The translations under genes were made by a program, and so were the position numbers. Positions 9,704-19,536 of a stretch of DNA of 64,000 nt are shown in pieces. Under the pieces are notes generated by a model. That model was not told the DNA's origin, did not search any database, and saw only the letters and a program-made list of their open reading frames with translations. Origin of the DNA: a bacterium (lineage in GTDB: Bacteria > UBP6 > UBA1177); assembly GCA_017405875.1 (NCBI GenBank), contig JAFQZM010000038.1:21314-85313 (forward strand), given 5' to 3'. The first letter of the stretch is position 1; the number at the start of each line of letters is the position of its first letter.

Positions 9704-10294
9704 CTACTTTTTCGAATTTTTCTCGGCAAATTCCCAGCCTGCGTTGATCGCTGCGAGGTTTGCTTTGACGATCTCTTCGCCTTTGCTGCCGAAAATGACT
9801 TCGACGCCTTTTCTGATGACGTTGATGTCAAGACCGGTGAAAAGGCTCGCCGCACCTGCGATTACCATGTTCATGCCGCGTGCATTGTTGACTTCTTTTG
9901 CGATGCCGTCGCCGTCAATTGCGATGCAGCGGGGCTGCTTTTTGAGCTCAGCCATAAGCTCGTCAACATTGGGATAGTTGTCGATATTGATGAACGGATT
10001 CGTGTTGGTTACGATCCAGCCCGTTTCTGGGTTGAGCCACGGAAGGTAGCGGAGAGATTCCATCGGCTCTACGCTGATGATGATGTCAGCCTTTCCCATC
10101 GGAACGAGGTCGCTCCAAATCGGTTTGTCGGAAATTCTGAAGTGGCTCTGAACGTCGCCGCCGCGCTGGCTCATGCCGTGAACTTCGGCCTGTTTGAGGT
10201 AAAGACCGCTTTCAACTGCGGCATAACCGAAGATCTGTGCGATCGAAAGAATGCCCTGACCGCCTACGCCTGCAAGAATCATATCACATTTCAT
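9704..10294 (-). CDS. iorB: Indolepyruvate:ferredoxin oxidoreductase beta subunit
   Basis: MKCDMILAGVGGQGILSIAQIFG resembles the gamma-subunit fold of 2-oxoacid:ferredoxin oxidoreductases. AGGAGGTG RBS. It lies directly downstream of iorA. Confidence 0.8.
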   Translation of the reverse strand: MKCDMILAGVGGQGILSIAQIFGYAAVESGLYLKQAEVHGMSQRGGDVQSHFRISDKPIWSDLVPMGKADIIISVEPMESLRYLPWLNPETGWIVTNTNPFINIDNYPNVDELMAELKKQPRCIAIDGDGIAKEVNNARGMNMVIAGAASLFTGLDINVIRKGVEVIFGSKGEEIVKANLAAINAGWEFAEKNSKK

Positions 10295-10306
10295 AAGAGC
10301 ACCTCC

Positions 10307-11911
10307 TTACTTCTTTGCCGCTTTGGTTTTTCTTCTTAAAGTCTGCATGCATTCTCTCTGCGGAATGATTACAGATACGCCGTTGTATTCGATCTCTTCT
10401 GTGATGACTTTGACCATTTCCTCGTGGTTTGCCTTGGTGGGAACGACTACGCGGATGTGGTTTTCGTCAACGCCCAGACCTTTTACGATCTGGTAAAGTC
10501 TTCCTTCAGCGTGCGATTTCTGGCCGCCAGTCATACCTGTCGTCGAGTTGTCGCTTATGAAAACGACGATGTTTGCCTTGTCGATGACTGCATCGAGAAG
10601 ACCCGTCATGCCGCTGTGAGTGAAGGTCGAGTCGCCGATGACTGCGCAAGCCGGGAACATTCCTGCATCTGCAGCGCCTTTTGCCATCGTGATGCTTGCA
10701 CCCATGTCAACGCAGCTGTTTACAGCCTGGAAAGGCGGAAGTGCGCCGAGCGTGTAGCAGCCGATGTCGCCGAAAAGGTGACCGTCGCCGTATTTGTCCT
10801 TGACTGCTTCGACGTAAGCTGCGTAGAAGTCAGCGTGGCTGCAGCCGGGGCAGAGTTTCGGAGGTCTGCCTGCAACGAGTGCTGGAACATCTTTGCCGAT
10901 CGTCTCTTTGAGGCCGAGAGCAGCTGCGATGAGGTTCGGGTTGAGTTCGCCGTCACGCGGAAGTTCGCCCGACATTCTGCCGAGAACTTTGACGTCCTTG
11001 TCGAGAAGGCCGCGGAGAGCTTCTTCGACCATCGGCATACCTTCTTCGAGAACGAGAACTTTCTCGCATTCCGAAGCGAGGCGTGCGATGAGTTTTTTCG
11101 GAGCCGGATACTGGCAGACTTTGACTACCGGATAGGGGCAGACGCCGTCGAAATTTTCCATGAGGTAGTTGAACGCAAGGCCGCATGCGATGATGCCGAG
11201 CGACTTGTCTGCGCCGTCGATGTATTTGTTCCACGGAGAGTTTTCGGACTCTTCCATGAATTTTTTCTGGTTTTCGAGAGTTCTTCTGTAGCTCTTTTTC
11301 GCAAGTGCCGGAAGAAGGACGAACTGGCGTTTGTCCTCCGGAAGCTTGAGTTCGTTCGGAGCGATCGGATCTCTGAGTTCTACACCCGAGCGGGAGTGCG
11401 AAAGACGAGTCGTGACACGCATAAGGACCGGAGTTTTGTATTTTTCGGAAAGTTCGTAGCCGTGGAAAACCATGTCGTAAGCTTCCTGCTGGTTCGAAGG
11501 TTCGAATATCGGAAGAAGAGCGAACTTTGCAAGGATCCTCGAATCCTGCTCGTCCTGAGATGAGTGCATGCTCGGATCGTCAGCAACCGTTACGATACAG
11601 CCGCCGTTTGCGCCGGTAACACCTGAGTTTACGAAGGGATCCATTGCGACATTGAGGCCGACGTGCTTCATCATAGCCATGCTTCTTTTGCCTGCATAGC
11701 TCATTCCGAGAGCGCCTTCAACAGCGGTCTTTTCGTTTGCCGACCATGTTCTGTGAACGTTTCTTTCAGCTGCGGCTTTGGAAGCCTGAGCATACTCCAT
11801 GATTTCTGTCGAAGGAGTGCCGGGGTAAGCGTAAAATCCCGAAATACCGGCATCAAGAGCCGCCTGGGCGATAGCTTCATCGCCGAGAATCATCATTTTT
11901 TTCTTTGTCAC
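10307..11911 (-). CDS. iorA: Indolepyruvate:ferredoxin oxidoreductase alpha subunit (TPP and 4Fe-4S)
   Basis: MMILGDEAIAQAALDAGISGFYAYPGTPSTEI, a TPP-binding GDSTFTHSGMTG segment and a CPGCSH cluster. Start is at GTG 11911 (GGAGG 5 nt upstream) or ATG 11896. The track start at 11956 is TTG. Confidence 0.8.
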   Translation of the reverse strand: MTKKKMMILGDEAIAQAALDAGISGFYAYPGTPSTEIMEYAQASKAAAERNVHRTWSANEKTAVEGALGMSYAGKRSMAMMKHVGLNVAMDPFVNSGVTGANGGCIVTVADDPSMHSSQDEQDSRILAKFALLPIFEPSNQQEAYDMVFHGYELSEKYKTPVLMRVTTRLSHSRSGVELRDPIAPNELKLPEDKRQFVLLPALAKKSYRRTLENQKKFMEESENSPWNKYIDGADKSLGIIACGLAFNYLMENFDGVCPYPVVKVCQYPAPKKLIARLASECEKVLVLEEGMPMVEEALRGLLDKDVKVLGRMSGELPRDGELNPNLIAAALGLKETIGKDVPALVAGRPPKLCPGCSHADFYAAYVEAVKDKYGDGHLFGDIGCYTLGALPPFQAVNSCVDMGASITMAKGAADAGMFPACAVIGDSTFTHSGMTGLLDAVIDKANIVVFISDNSTTGMTGGQKSHAEGRLYQIVKGLGVDENHIRVVVPTKANHEEMVKVITEEIEYNGVSVIIPQRECMQTLRRKTKAAKK

Positions 11912-12114
11912 GATAACCTCCAGAATATCAAAAAAATAAACCGAAACTTGAATCAACTTAAAAAACGCGGGTCACTCTAACATTTTGAAATAGGAATGGT
12001 CAAATTTTTTCTGCTTTGCTGCAAAAGTCGGCTGAAAGGTCGGATTTTTCTTGTCTTTTTATTCAAAATTCCGATAATTCGGGGACTTTAAGGTCGTTAA
12101 GAATGGAGGTTTTC

Positions 12115-15100
12115 ATGAAACGTGTGTTTTGCTTGATTTTGGTTTTTGTCTCGATTTTTGCGTTGGCATCATGCAGCGCCAAAAAGAAAAAAGAGGAAAA
12201 ATCGCTTGTCGAAGAAGAAGTGACGAAAGAAATTTCGGCAGAGGAAGGCGGAAAAATCGAAAGTTCCGACGGACAGACTTCGATTGAAATTCCTGCTGAC
12301 GCTCTCGACAGCAACACGACAATTACGATGAGAATATATGATGCCAAGGATTATCCGGGAACTGAAGGCAAAACCGTGGTCAGCAAGGTTGTCGAGTTCG
12401 AACCTTCAGGCACGATTTTCAAAAAGCCTGTCATGATTTCGATGATAAGCGAGGGAACCGGCGAAGAACTCAGAGCGGCTAAGAAAAAGGTAGTTACCGC
12501 TGCGGTTTATAAAGAGGATAAAGGCCAGTGGAGTTACAGCAAAACCGGAGCTGCGGTAAAAGTCGGTAAGAACGCCGCAGGTGACCCGATTATGACAACA
12601 GCGGCCGGAGATCCGATCATGCTGAATGCTGCAGGCGATCCGATTATGCAGAGCACCGGAGCAATGCTGAGCGCGGCCGGCGATCCGATAATGGTAACGG
12701 CTGCGGGAGATCCAATTATGCATTCGGCTGCCGGAGATCCTATAATGATGACGACCGGTCACTTTACCGCTTATGCCTTTTTCTTCACTGAGTTTGAAGA
12801 TGAGGAAGTACCGGTTGAAGAACCGACAGAACCTGAAAAGGATGATGATCCGGTTGTAAAAGACGATGAAGAAAATGATGACGATGCCGACGAAATATCT
12901 GATATTGAAGAAGATGATGACGAGCCGGTAAACGATGAAGACGAAATCATAGTTGTTGATGAAGATGAAGACATCGACAGTTATGTCGCAGAATGCGGAA
13001 ACGGCATTGTTGATCCGGGTGAAGCGTGCGATAAAGGAAGTGCTAACGGTACAACGGATTGCGTTTACGGCGAAACGTCATGCACGGTCTGCACAACAGC
13101 ATGTCAGGTTGCGGAAGGCGCAGCAAGCTACTGCGGCGACGGCATAGTTCAAAGCAATGAAAAATGTGACAAGGCTGAGACCGGTGAAGGAATCGGTTCA
13201 AGCTGCTCTGACGACTGTACAAAAATGTATTCCAAAGTGCTCTGCACGGGTATGACAATATGCACTGACGGTGAAGGAAATCAGATACTCTGCCCGAAAG
13301 AAAACGAAGAACTTTACGGTCAGGATGCGCAGTATGCCGCAAGAAAAGGCTGTGTCCCGCACAGCTACACCGAAATCGAAAATCCGGAGGCAGAAGAGCC
13401 TGAGTTAAGGGCAACGGTTCAGGCTTCCCCTTTCATCAAAGATAATGTGACGGGTCTCACCTGGTGGCTTACCGGAAGAGGCGGAAGTTACGAAGAGATG
13501 AAAGACGAATGTGCAGTTTCATACGGCGGGATCGAAGACTGGAGACTTCCGACTCCGCAGGAAGCTGCAACTCTTTCCGATCTCGGAATGCTTTACGGCA
13601 ATAAGATCGATCCGGTTTATTTTTCGGGACTCTATTCAGGAGAAGCTGAAGAAGCAGTTTTAGATCGTGCTGTTTCAGAATCTTATGGCTACGATTTGAT
13701 CCTGACTTCGGTTGAAAACTATTTCTATCTGATGTCCTACGGCGTGATTGCCGAATTGGTTATGGCTGCCAGAAGCAGTTCAGCATCCGGCTACCTTATG
13801 TGTGTCAGCGGAGAAAAATACGGAGAAGTCAGTGCTGAAACCTATTCGACTGTTACTGAAAACGGTGCGGAAATGATACGCGATTTATCCACAGACCTTT
13901 TCTGGCAGAAAGAGCCGGTCAAAAAGGCGACATGGAAAGAGGCGCTTGCCTACTGCGAAAGCCTTGACTATGCGGGACATTCCGACTGGAGACTTCCGAA
14001 CAAGAACGAACTTCTTTCTCTTGTAGACTATTCCAAAATAGCGGCGGAAGCGGAAGCAGAAGAAGAGGAAGAAACTGAGGAAGAAGACGAAGTTGAGGCA
14101 GTCTCTTCATTCCCCGGCATGACAGCAGACATCTTCTGGACTTCGACTCCGGCGCCTGTCAATTATTATGTATGGGTTCTTCAGATGCAGACAGGAGAAC
14201 TTTTTCCGTATGGAGAAGTATCGGGCGAACCGGTAGTAGGACCTCAGCAGCCGCGATCAGTCAGGAGCATAAAAAGAGACGAAACCGCGGAGGAAGAAGA
14301 AGTTTACTCTGTCCTCTGCGTCAGAAGCGATCTTGATGAAAAAGAGGAAATCCCTGCGTGTGACGGAACCGGAACAGGACCGTGTATGGATTCAAACGGC
14401 ACGATCTGGTCGTCAGTGCTGTACCCCGAAATTCTTGCAGATTTCGACAAGTCTTATATTTCTTCGTATTACAACGGCCACGAATATGAAAAAAGTGTTA
14501 ATGACTTCGCCCTTGCCAGAATGTGCCGTTATTTGAATGAAAACGGTTCGAACAAGTGGAGACTTCCGACAATAGACGAAATCCGTAAAACCGTCACGAC
14601 CGAAAAACTTAAATTCGGCGGAAGCTGCGGCGTAACGAATGAGCATTTCGCATATTCTTACTTCAATGAAGAGGCTTGCAGCGGTGATGCAATGTCAAAA
14701 ACAACCTTGAATGATTACGGATTTATGCTTTCAGGCACTTTGACACGCAATGAATGGTATGAAGTAGAAGAAAGCGCAGGGGAAGACGAAGAGGAAGGAA
14801 ATAATTGGCCTATGTTCTGGAGTGTAGATGTCAGCAGCGGTGTTTTGTCGTCTGTAGAAGACTCCTATATCCCCATTGCGGGACTTGTTCAAAGGTGTGT
14901 TCTTGACAACACTCTTGATAATTATAAGGCGGCTCCATACACTGATCCGGCAACCGGGCTCACGTGGTCTGAACTTGCACCAACCGACATGATATGGTCT
15001 GAGGCTTATGATTACTGTGCTGCTCTTAATACGGAAGACGAATCGGAAAACTTCTGGAGACTTCCGACAATGGAAGAGCTTCAGACGCTTGTAAGACACT

Positions 15101-15453
15101 GCGAAGAAGGACATTGCGCGATAGCTTTGAACGGCAGATATTCGGTTTTCGGCGATATATCGTTTTCATGGTCTTCCGATATCAATGAAGACGGAACGGT
15201 TAACTCGATTGATTTTACCTCAGTCACAATTTCGAAAGAAGTGGTAAATTCAACTCGCTATGTCGCGGATGTCCGCTGCGTTTCAGGCGGTGAGAGCGCG
15301 TGTGCCGGAAATCCGTGCGCGTCTGTTGAAAATTCGACAGGAAGATGCCTGACGACCACTGATCCTGAAATCGAAACCGGATATGTATGCGAATGCGGTA
15401 AAGACTATACCTGGAACGGCACAGAGTGCCTTCAGGTTGCAGTTGTGAACTAG
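12115..15453 (+). CDS. Giant modular lipoprotein with an AAGDPIM tandem repeat, acidic linker, Myxococcus-type Cys-rich repeats and four Fib_succ_major/DUF1566-like 'WRLPT' modules
   Basis: ATG at 12115 follows GGAGG. Lipobox LASC. Six AAGDPIM repeats. A poly-D/E stretch. Two copies of CG(N/D)GIV...E.CDK. Four copies of (D)WRLPT/N..EL..L. Confidence 0.75.
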   Translation: MKRVFCLILVFVSIFALASCSAKKKKEEKSLVEEEVTKEISAEEGGKIESSDGQTSIEIPADALDSNTTITMRIYDAKDYPGTEGKTVVSKVVEFEPSGTIFKKPVMISMISEGTGEELRAAKKKVVTAAVYKEDKGQWSYSKTGAAVKVGKNAAGDPIMTTAAGDPIMLNAAGDPIMQSTGAMLSAAGDPIMVTAAGDPIMHSAAGDPIMMTTGHFTAYAFFFTEFEDEEVPVEEPTEPEKDDDPVVKDDEENDDDADEISDIEEDDDEPVNDEDEIIVVDEDEDIDSYVAECGNGIVDPGEACDKGSANGTTDCVYGETSCTVCTTACQVAEGAASYCGDGIVQSNEKCDKAETGEGIGSSCSDDCTKMYSKVLCTGMTICTDGEGNQILCPKENEELYGQDAQYAARKGCVPHSYTEIENPEAEEPELRATVQASPFIKDNVTGLTWWLTGRGGSYEEMKDECAVSYGGIEDWRLPTPQEAATLSDLGMLYGNKIDPVYFSGLYSGEAEEAVLDRAVSESYGYDLILTSVENYFYLMSYGVIAELVMAARSSSASGYLMCVSGEKYGEVSAETYSTVTENGAEMIRDLSTDLFWQKEPVKKATWKEALAYCESLDYAGHSDWRLPNKNELLSLVDYSKIAAEAEAEEEEETEEEDEVEAVSSFPGMTADIFWTSTPAPVNYYVWVLQMQTGELFPYGEVSGEPVVGPQQPRSVRSIKRDETAEEEEVYSVLCVRSDLDEKEEIPACDGTGTGPCMDSNGTIWSSVLYPEILADFDKSYISSYYNGHEYEKSVNDFALARMCRYLNENGSNKWRLPTIDEIRKTVTTEKLKFGGSCGVTNEHFAYSYFNEEACSGDAMSKTTLNDYGFMLSGTLTRNEWYEVEESAGEDEEEGNNWPMFWSVDVSSGVLSSVEDSYIPIAGLVQRCVLDNTLDNYKAAPYTDPATGLTWSELAPTDMIWSEAYDYCAALNTEDESENFWRLPTMEELQTLVRHCEEGHCAIALNGRYSVFGDISFSWSSDINEDGTVNSIDFTSVTISKEVVNSTRYVADVRCVSGGESACAGNPCASVENSTGRCLTTTDPEIETGYVCECGKDYTWNGTECLQVAVVN
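12574..12747 (+). repeat. Intragenic 27-bp tandem repeat (6 copies) encoding xxAAGDPIM
   Basis: Protein reads AAGDPIMTT AAGDPIMLN AAGDPIMQSTGAMLS AAGDPIMVT AAGDPIMHS AAGDPIMMT. The DNA units are near-identical (gccgcaggtgacccgattatg). Confidence 0.8.
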
Positions 15454-15461
15454 ATTCAGAA

Positions 15462-15486
15462 AAAAGTGGAAAAACACACTTTTTTG
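15462..15486 (+). terminator. Weak AT-rich hairpin plus T-run after the giant lipoprotein gene
   Basis: AAAAGTG-gaaaaaca-CACTTTT followed by TTGTG. The stem is weak. Confidence 0.25.
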
Positions 15487-15524
15487 TGTAATATGCACCG
15501 GCTTTTTTGTTTGAGAGACTTTTC

Positions 15525-16808
15525 GTGGAATATTTCGACATACAGGGTGGCGGAGTCGTAAGCGGCGAGATCGTTACCTCCGGCAACAAAAACGAGGCGC
15601 TTCCGGTTATTGCGGCGGCTCTTCTTTCGTCGGGAACAGTCGTCCTCGATAATGTTCCGGATATTCTCGATGTCAGGAATATGCTTGAAATTGCAAGCAA
15701 TCTTGGTACTTCAGTCACAAAAATCAACAAAAACAAAATTGAGATAAATGCGGCAAATCTTCAAAGAAAACCGCTTGACCGCGATCTGTGCGGAAAGGTG
15801 AGGACTTCGGTTCTGTTTGCCGGACCTCTTCTGGCTAGAAACGGCGAAGTCATTCTGCCGCCGCCGGGTGGAGACGTAATCGGAAGGAGAAGGCTTGACA
15901 CGCATTTCCTCGGCTTCAAACAGCTCGGTGCCGATTATACGGTCGAAGGCGAAGGTTACGAAATCCACGCCGAAAAACTTGTCGGAGCCGATATTTTCCT
16001 CGATGAAGCAAGCGTCACGGGAACCGAAAACATAGTTATGGCAGCCGTGCTGGCCGAAGGGCGCACGACAATAATGAATGCCGCGACCGAGCCTCACGTT
16101 CAGGGGCTCTGCAACTTCCTCAACAAGATGGGGGCGAAAATCAGCGGAGTAGGTTCGAGCACGCTCTGCATTGACGGCGTTTCATCACTTTCGGGCTGCA
16201 GCCACACGATCGGTTTCGACTACATCGAGGCTGGAAGCTACATCGCGTTGTCCGCGATGACCGGCGGCGAACTTCTCATTAAGGATTCCGCGCGCGATAA
16301 TACATTAAGAATGGTGCTTCACACTTTCGGAAAACTCGGAATAAAAACCGAAAAACGGGGAGACGATATTTTTGTTCCGTCGCAGAAAATGGTCGTTGTA
16401 AAAGAGATGAACAACGCGATTGCGAAAATCGACGACGGCACATGGCCTTCATTCCCGTCCGATCTGATGTCGATTGCGATAGTTGCTGCGACTCAGGCTG
16501 AAGGAACGGTGCTTTTCTTTGAAAAAATGTTCGAAAGCAGGCTCTTTTTCGTCGACAGACTCGTCGCGATGGGTGCTCAGATAATCCTGTGCGATCCTCA
16601 CCGCGTAGTCGTTTCGGGTGCGTCTCAGCTTCACGGCGCAAATCTCGATTCTCCCGACATCCGCGCCGGAATGTCGATGCTTATGGCTGCGGCTGCGGCA
16701 AAAGGGAGAAGCAAAATATACAATGTCCGCCAGATCGACCGCGGATATGAATCCATTGAGAGTAAATTGACAAAAATAGGAATATCAATAGAACGTAAAA
16801 ATGGTTAA
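15525..16808 (+). CDS. murA: UDP-N-acetylglucosamine 1-carboxyvinyltransferase
   Basis: FDIQGGGVVSGEIVTSGNKNEALPVIAAALL and overall EPSP-fold MurA signatures. GTG at 15525 aligns with the MurA N-terminus. The alternative is TTG 15507. Confidence 0.85.
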   Translation: MEYFDIQGGGVVSGEIVTSGNKNEALPVIAAALLSSGTVVLDNVPDILDVRNMLEIASNLGTSVTKINKNKIEINAANLQRKPLDRDLCGKVRTSVLFAGPLLARNGEVILPPPGGDVIGRRRLDTHFLGFKQLGADYTVEGEGYEIHAEKLVGADIFLDEASVTGTENIVMAAVLAEGRTTIMNAATEPHVQGLCNFLNKMGAKISGVGSSTLCIDGVSSLSGCSHTIGFDYIEAGSYIALSAMTGGELLIKDSARDNTLRMVLHTFGKLGIKTEKRGDDIFVPSQKMVVVKEMNNAIAKIDDGTWPSFPSDLMSIAIVAATQAEGTVLFFEKMFESRLFFVDRLVAMGAQIILCDPHRVVVSGASQLHGANLDSPDIRAGMSMLMAAAAAKGRSKIYNVRQIDRGYESIESKLTKIGISIERKNG

Positions 16809-16945
16809 AAATGCAGGGCTTTTTTAGTAATATTTTGCATAATTATATGAATATGATATATTTTTTTGCAAAATTTCTTGCTTTTTACATTTTTCTTACT
16901 ATCATTGCCTCCGGATTTGTTATTTTTATTGCGATGGAGTAAGCA

Positions 16946-17152
16946 ATGACGGAAAACAACCTTAAAAAAATGAGAGAAAGGCTTCTTATGAGCAAATCTG
17001 AACTCGCAAGAAAGGCGGGTGTTTCGGTTCTTACTATCGACAGGATCGAAAAGAACGGAAAGTGCCGCATGGAAACTAAGAGAAAGATTCTTCTTGCTCT
17101 GGGGCTTTCGCTTGATGAAAAACATAAAGTTTTTTCGGATGATGAAGAATAG
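16946..17152 (+). CDS. XRE-family helix-turn-helix transcriptional regulator (68 aa)
   Basis: MSKSELARKAGVSVLTIDRIEKNG is a canonical XRE HTH. GGAG RBS. It sits immediately upstream of pilM after an AT-rich promoter region. Confidence 0.6.
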   Translation: MTENNLKKMRERLLMSKSELARKAGVSVLTIDRIEKNGKCRMETKRKILLALGLSLDEKHKVFSDDEE

Positions 17153-17167
17153 CCAGAGGAGGCGGAG

Positions 17168-18223
17168 ATGTTTTATAACAAGCAACTGATGGGACTTGAC
17201 CTCGGGTCTTATCTGATCAAAGCTGCCCAACTCCAGAAAAAGGGGAAGGGAAAGTATCAGCTTAAGAAGTTCGGGTTCATTCCGATTCCGGTAAACACGA
17301 TGGTCGACGGCAGCATCATGAACACGTACGAGATGAACGATGCCGTAAAAACGCTTCTTGCAAAGGAGAGATTCAGAGACAAATACTGCTCGATCGCCGT
17401 TGCGGGACACGGTATCATCAACAGAGTCATCAATGTTCCGAAGGTTTCTCAGCAGGAATTTTACAATGCGCTTCAGGTCGAAGCTGAAACGCATATCCCG
17501 CACGACATCAAAGAGATTTACTTTGACGGCATTAAAACCGATATCGTTGAGGACGGTCGCGACAGAGTCATTCTCATTGCCGCAAGAAAAGACCTTATCG
17601 GCGACTTCATTCAGGTTGTAAGCGATGCCGGTGTAAAACCGATGTCGGTAGAAATCGACGCGACGGCTCTTGCAAACATTTTCGAGCTCAACTACCCGGA
17701 AGAAAAGGATAAAACGGTCGCTGTTCTCAATATCGGCGCTTCGAAAACCAACATCGTCGTTATGTCGAACGGCAACGTCAGATTCTTCAGAGACGTTCTT
17801 ACGGGCGGCAACTTCATTACCGAAGAGATAACGAGAAGGCTTAAAGTCAGTTTCCAGCAGGCTGAGAGCCTTAAATCGGGAACTCATGCAACAGGCGATT
17901 CGATTCTTCCGAACCAGGTCGAAGAGATCATCGCTGACGTTGCAAAGAACATGGTTTCCGACATAATGAGAGTTTTCGATTACTATACAAACACAAATCC
18001 GGAAGACAGTGTTGCAAAGGTCTTCGTAACTGGCGGAACGACGAAAAGTTTCACCTTCATGCAGGCTCTGCAGTCGACTCTGACGATCCCGGTCGAAAGA
18101 ATGAACCCGTTCAAAGAGATAATCGTTCCGGGACAGGTTCTTTCGAGAGAGGAAGTTGAGGATTACAGCCACGTTGCAGCGTTAAGTCTCGGATTGGCAT
18201 TACGGAGGATGGACGAACAATGA
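17168..18223 (+). CDS. pilM: Type IV pilus assembly protein PilM (actin-like ATPase fold)
   Basis: MFYNKQLMGLDLGSYLIKAAQL with an FtsA/actin-like fold. GGAGG RBS. It is first of pilMNOPQ. Confidence 0.85.
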   Translation: MFYNKQLMGLDLGSYLIKAAQLQKKGKGKYQLKKFGFIPIPVNTMVDGSIMNTYEMNDAVKTLLAKERFRDKYCSIAVAGHGIINRVINVPKVSQQEFYNALQVEAETHIPHDIKEIYFDGIKTDIVEDGRDRVILIAARKDLIGDFIQVVSDAGVKPMSVEIDATALANIFELNYPEEKDKTVAVLNIGASKTNIVVMSNGNVRFFRDVLTGGNFITEEITRRLKVSFQQAESLKSGTHATGDSILPNQVEEIIADVAKNMVSDIMRVFDYYTNTNPEDSVAKVFVTGGTTKSFTFMQALQSTLTIPVERMNPFKEIIVPGQVLSREEVEDYSHVAALSLGLALRRMDEQ

Positions 18224-18855
18224 TAAAAATCAATCTGTTACCCGTAAAGGAAGACAAACTCATAGCCGAGGCGAAAGGTTTCTTAGCTATCTGCTTAATC
18301 TCGATCGTGGTGGTTGTCGCTCTCGTCGTTTCCAACAGTTCGCTTCTCTCCGCAAGAGAACAGGAGAGCAAGGATCGCATTGCCGAGGCTGACGCTGAGA
18401 TCGCAAAACTCAAATCGATTATGGGCGAAATCAAAAACCTGAAGGATAAAAAAGCGAAACTTCAGGAAAAAATGGATATGATCATCAAGCTGCAGGAACA
18501 GAATATCGGTCCGGTTCGTGTTCTTGACGAACTTTCACTCAAGATTCCGTCGAACAAAATCTGGGCTGACAAGCTCGTTATCAAGGGCAACAAACTTGAA
18601 CTTGACGGAAAAACGCTCGAAAATCAGGAAGTTGCAAACTTCATGAAACAGCTTGAAAATTCCCTTTTCTTTTCGAACATCAACCTCAAAAAGGTTACGA
18701 AAGACAAGGCGGTCCAGGGTGTTACGGTGCTTTCCTACGGTTTGAACACGACTGTTCACTTCGCTGGAAGGCAGGAACAGCCTCAGCAGCCGGCTAAACC
18801 CGCAGAGCAGCAGCAGGCGGCAGAATCGGCAGCTCAGACAGGTGCTAATCAATAG
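18220..18855 (+). CDS. pilN: Type IV pilus assembly protein PilN
   Basis: MIKINLLPVKE followed by a TM helix and coiled coil. It overlaps pilM by 4 nt. Confidence 0.75.
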   Translation: MIKINLLPVKEDKLIAEAKGFLAICLISIVVVVALVVSNSSLLSAREQESKDRIAEADAEIAKLKSIMGEIKNLKDKKAKLQEKMDMIIKLQEQNIGPVRVLDELSLKIPSNKIWADKLVIKGNKLELDGKTLENQEVANFMKQLENSLFFSNINLKKVTKDKAVQGVTVLSYGLNTTVHFAGRQEQPQQPAKPAEQQQAAESAAQTGANQ

Positions 18856-18867
18856 GGAGGAGTGAAT

Positions 18868-19536
18868 ATGAAATCCTTGCTGGTAAATATCGGAAAATTA
18901 AAGCCGGCATACAGGTACGGAGGATTGCTTCTGGTTATTGTCGTAATCATCGCGGTTTATTATGTTACAGTCTATATGCCGCATGTCGACAGAATGGAAT
19001 CTCTTTACAGAGAGTTCAATTCCAAAAAGGCCGAGTTCTCCAAAATGGTAGTGCTGGTTCGTGACAGAGGTCAGTTCATGGAAGAAGTCGAAGCTCTTGA
19101 CAGAGACCTGAAAGTGGCCATTAGTATGCTTCCGGATAAAAAAGAGATTCCTTCGTTGCTGAAAAAACTCTCCGACGAAGCGGAAAAGTTCGGTCTTGAG
19201 GTTTATTACTTCGAGCCTCTTGCCGAGCGCAAAAAGGAGTTCTACGCCGAAGTTCCCGTTTCAATGAAGGTCAAAGGCAGCTTCCATGAAGTTCTCGGTT
19301 TCTTTGACAGCGTGAACAAACTGGCGCGTATCGTCAACGTAAGCGACCTTGAAATGAAGGTTATCGGCGACAAGGGTGCGGCTAAAAAAGACAATAATAA
19401 AAAGAGCAAAGTTACCACTTCTTTCGGTGGTTTCCAGCCGAACAAGACCGCACTTGATATAACTTTCAGGGCGACGACTTACCGTTTCCTTTCGTCTGCC
19501 GAAATGGGTGGAGGTCAGAATGCAAATAAAAAATAA
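18868..19536 (+). CDS. pilO: Type IV pilus assembly protein PilO
   Basis: Position in the operon. N-terminal TM plus coiled coil. ATG at 18868 follows GGGAGGAG. Confidence 0.65.
   Translation: MKSLLVNIGKLKPAYRYGGLLLVIVVIIAVYYVTVYMPHVDRMESLYREFNSKKAEFSKMVVLVRDRGQFMEEVEALDRDLKVAISMLPDKKEIPSLLKKLSDEAEKFGLEVYYFEPLAERKKEFYAEVPVSMKVKGSFHEVLGFFDSVNKLARIVNVSDLEMKVIGDKGAAKKDNNKKSKVTTSFGGFQPNKTALDITFRATTYRFLSSAEMGGGQNANKK

Noticed and set aside
10424-11563. 379-aa ORF on the plus strand
   Set aside because: It is antisense to iorA, which has strong homology. Its Arg/Ala-rich composition is typical of GC-skewed shadow frames.
16805-18172. 455-aa ORF on the minus strand
   Set aside because: It is entirely antisense to pilM and the xre gene, has no homology signal and has a low-complexity K-rich tail. 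It is a shadow ORF.
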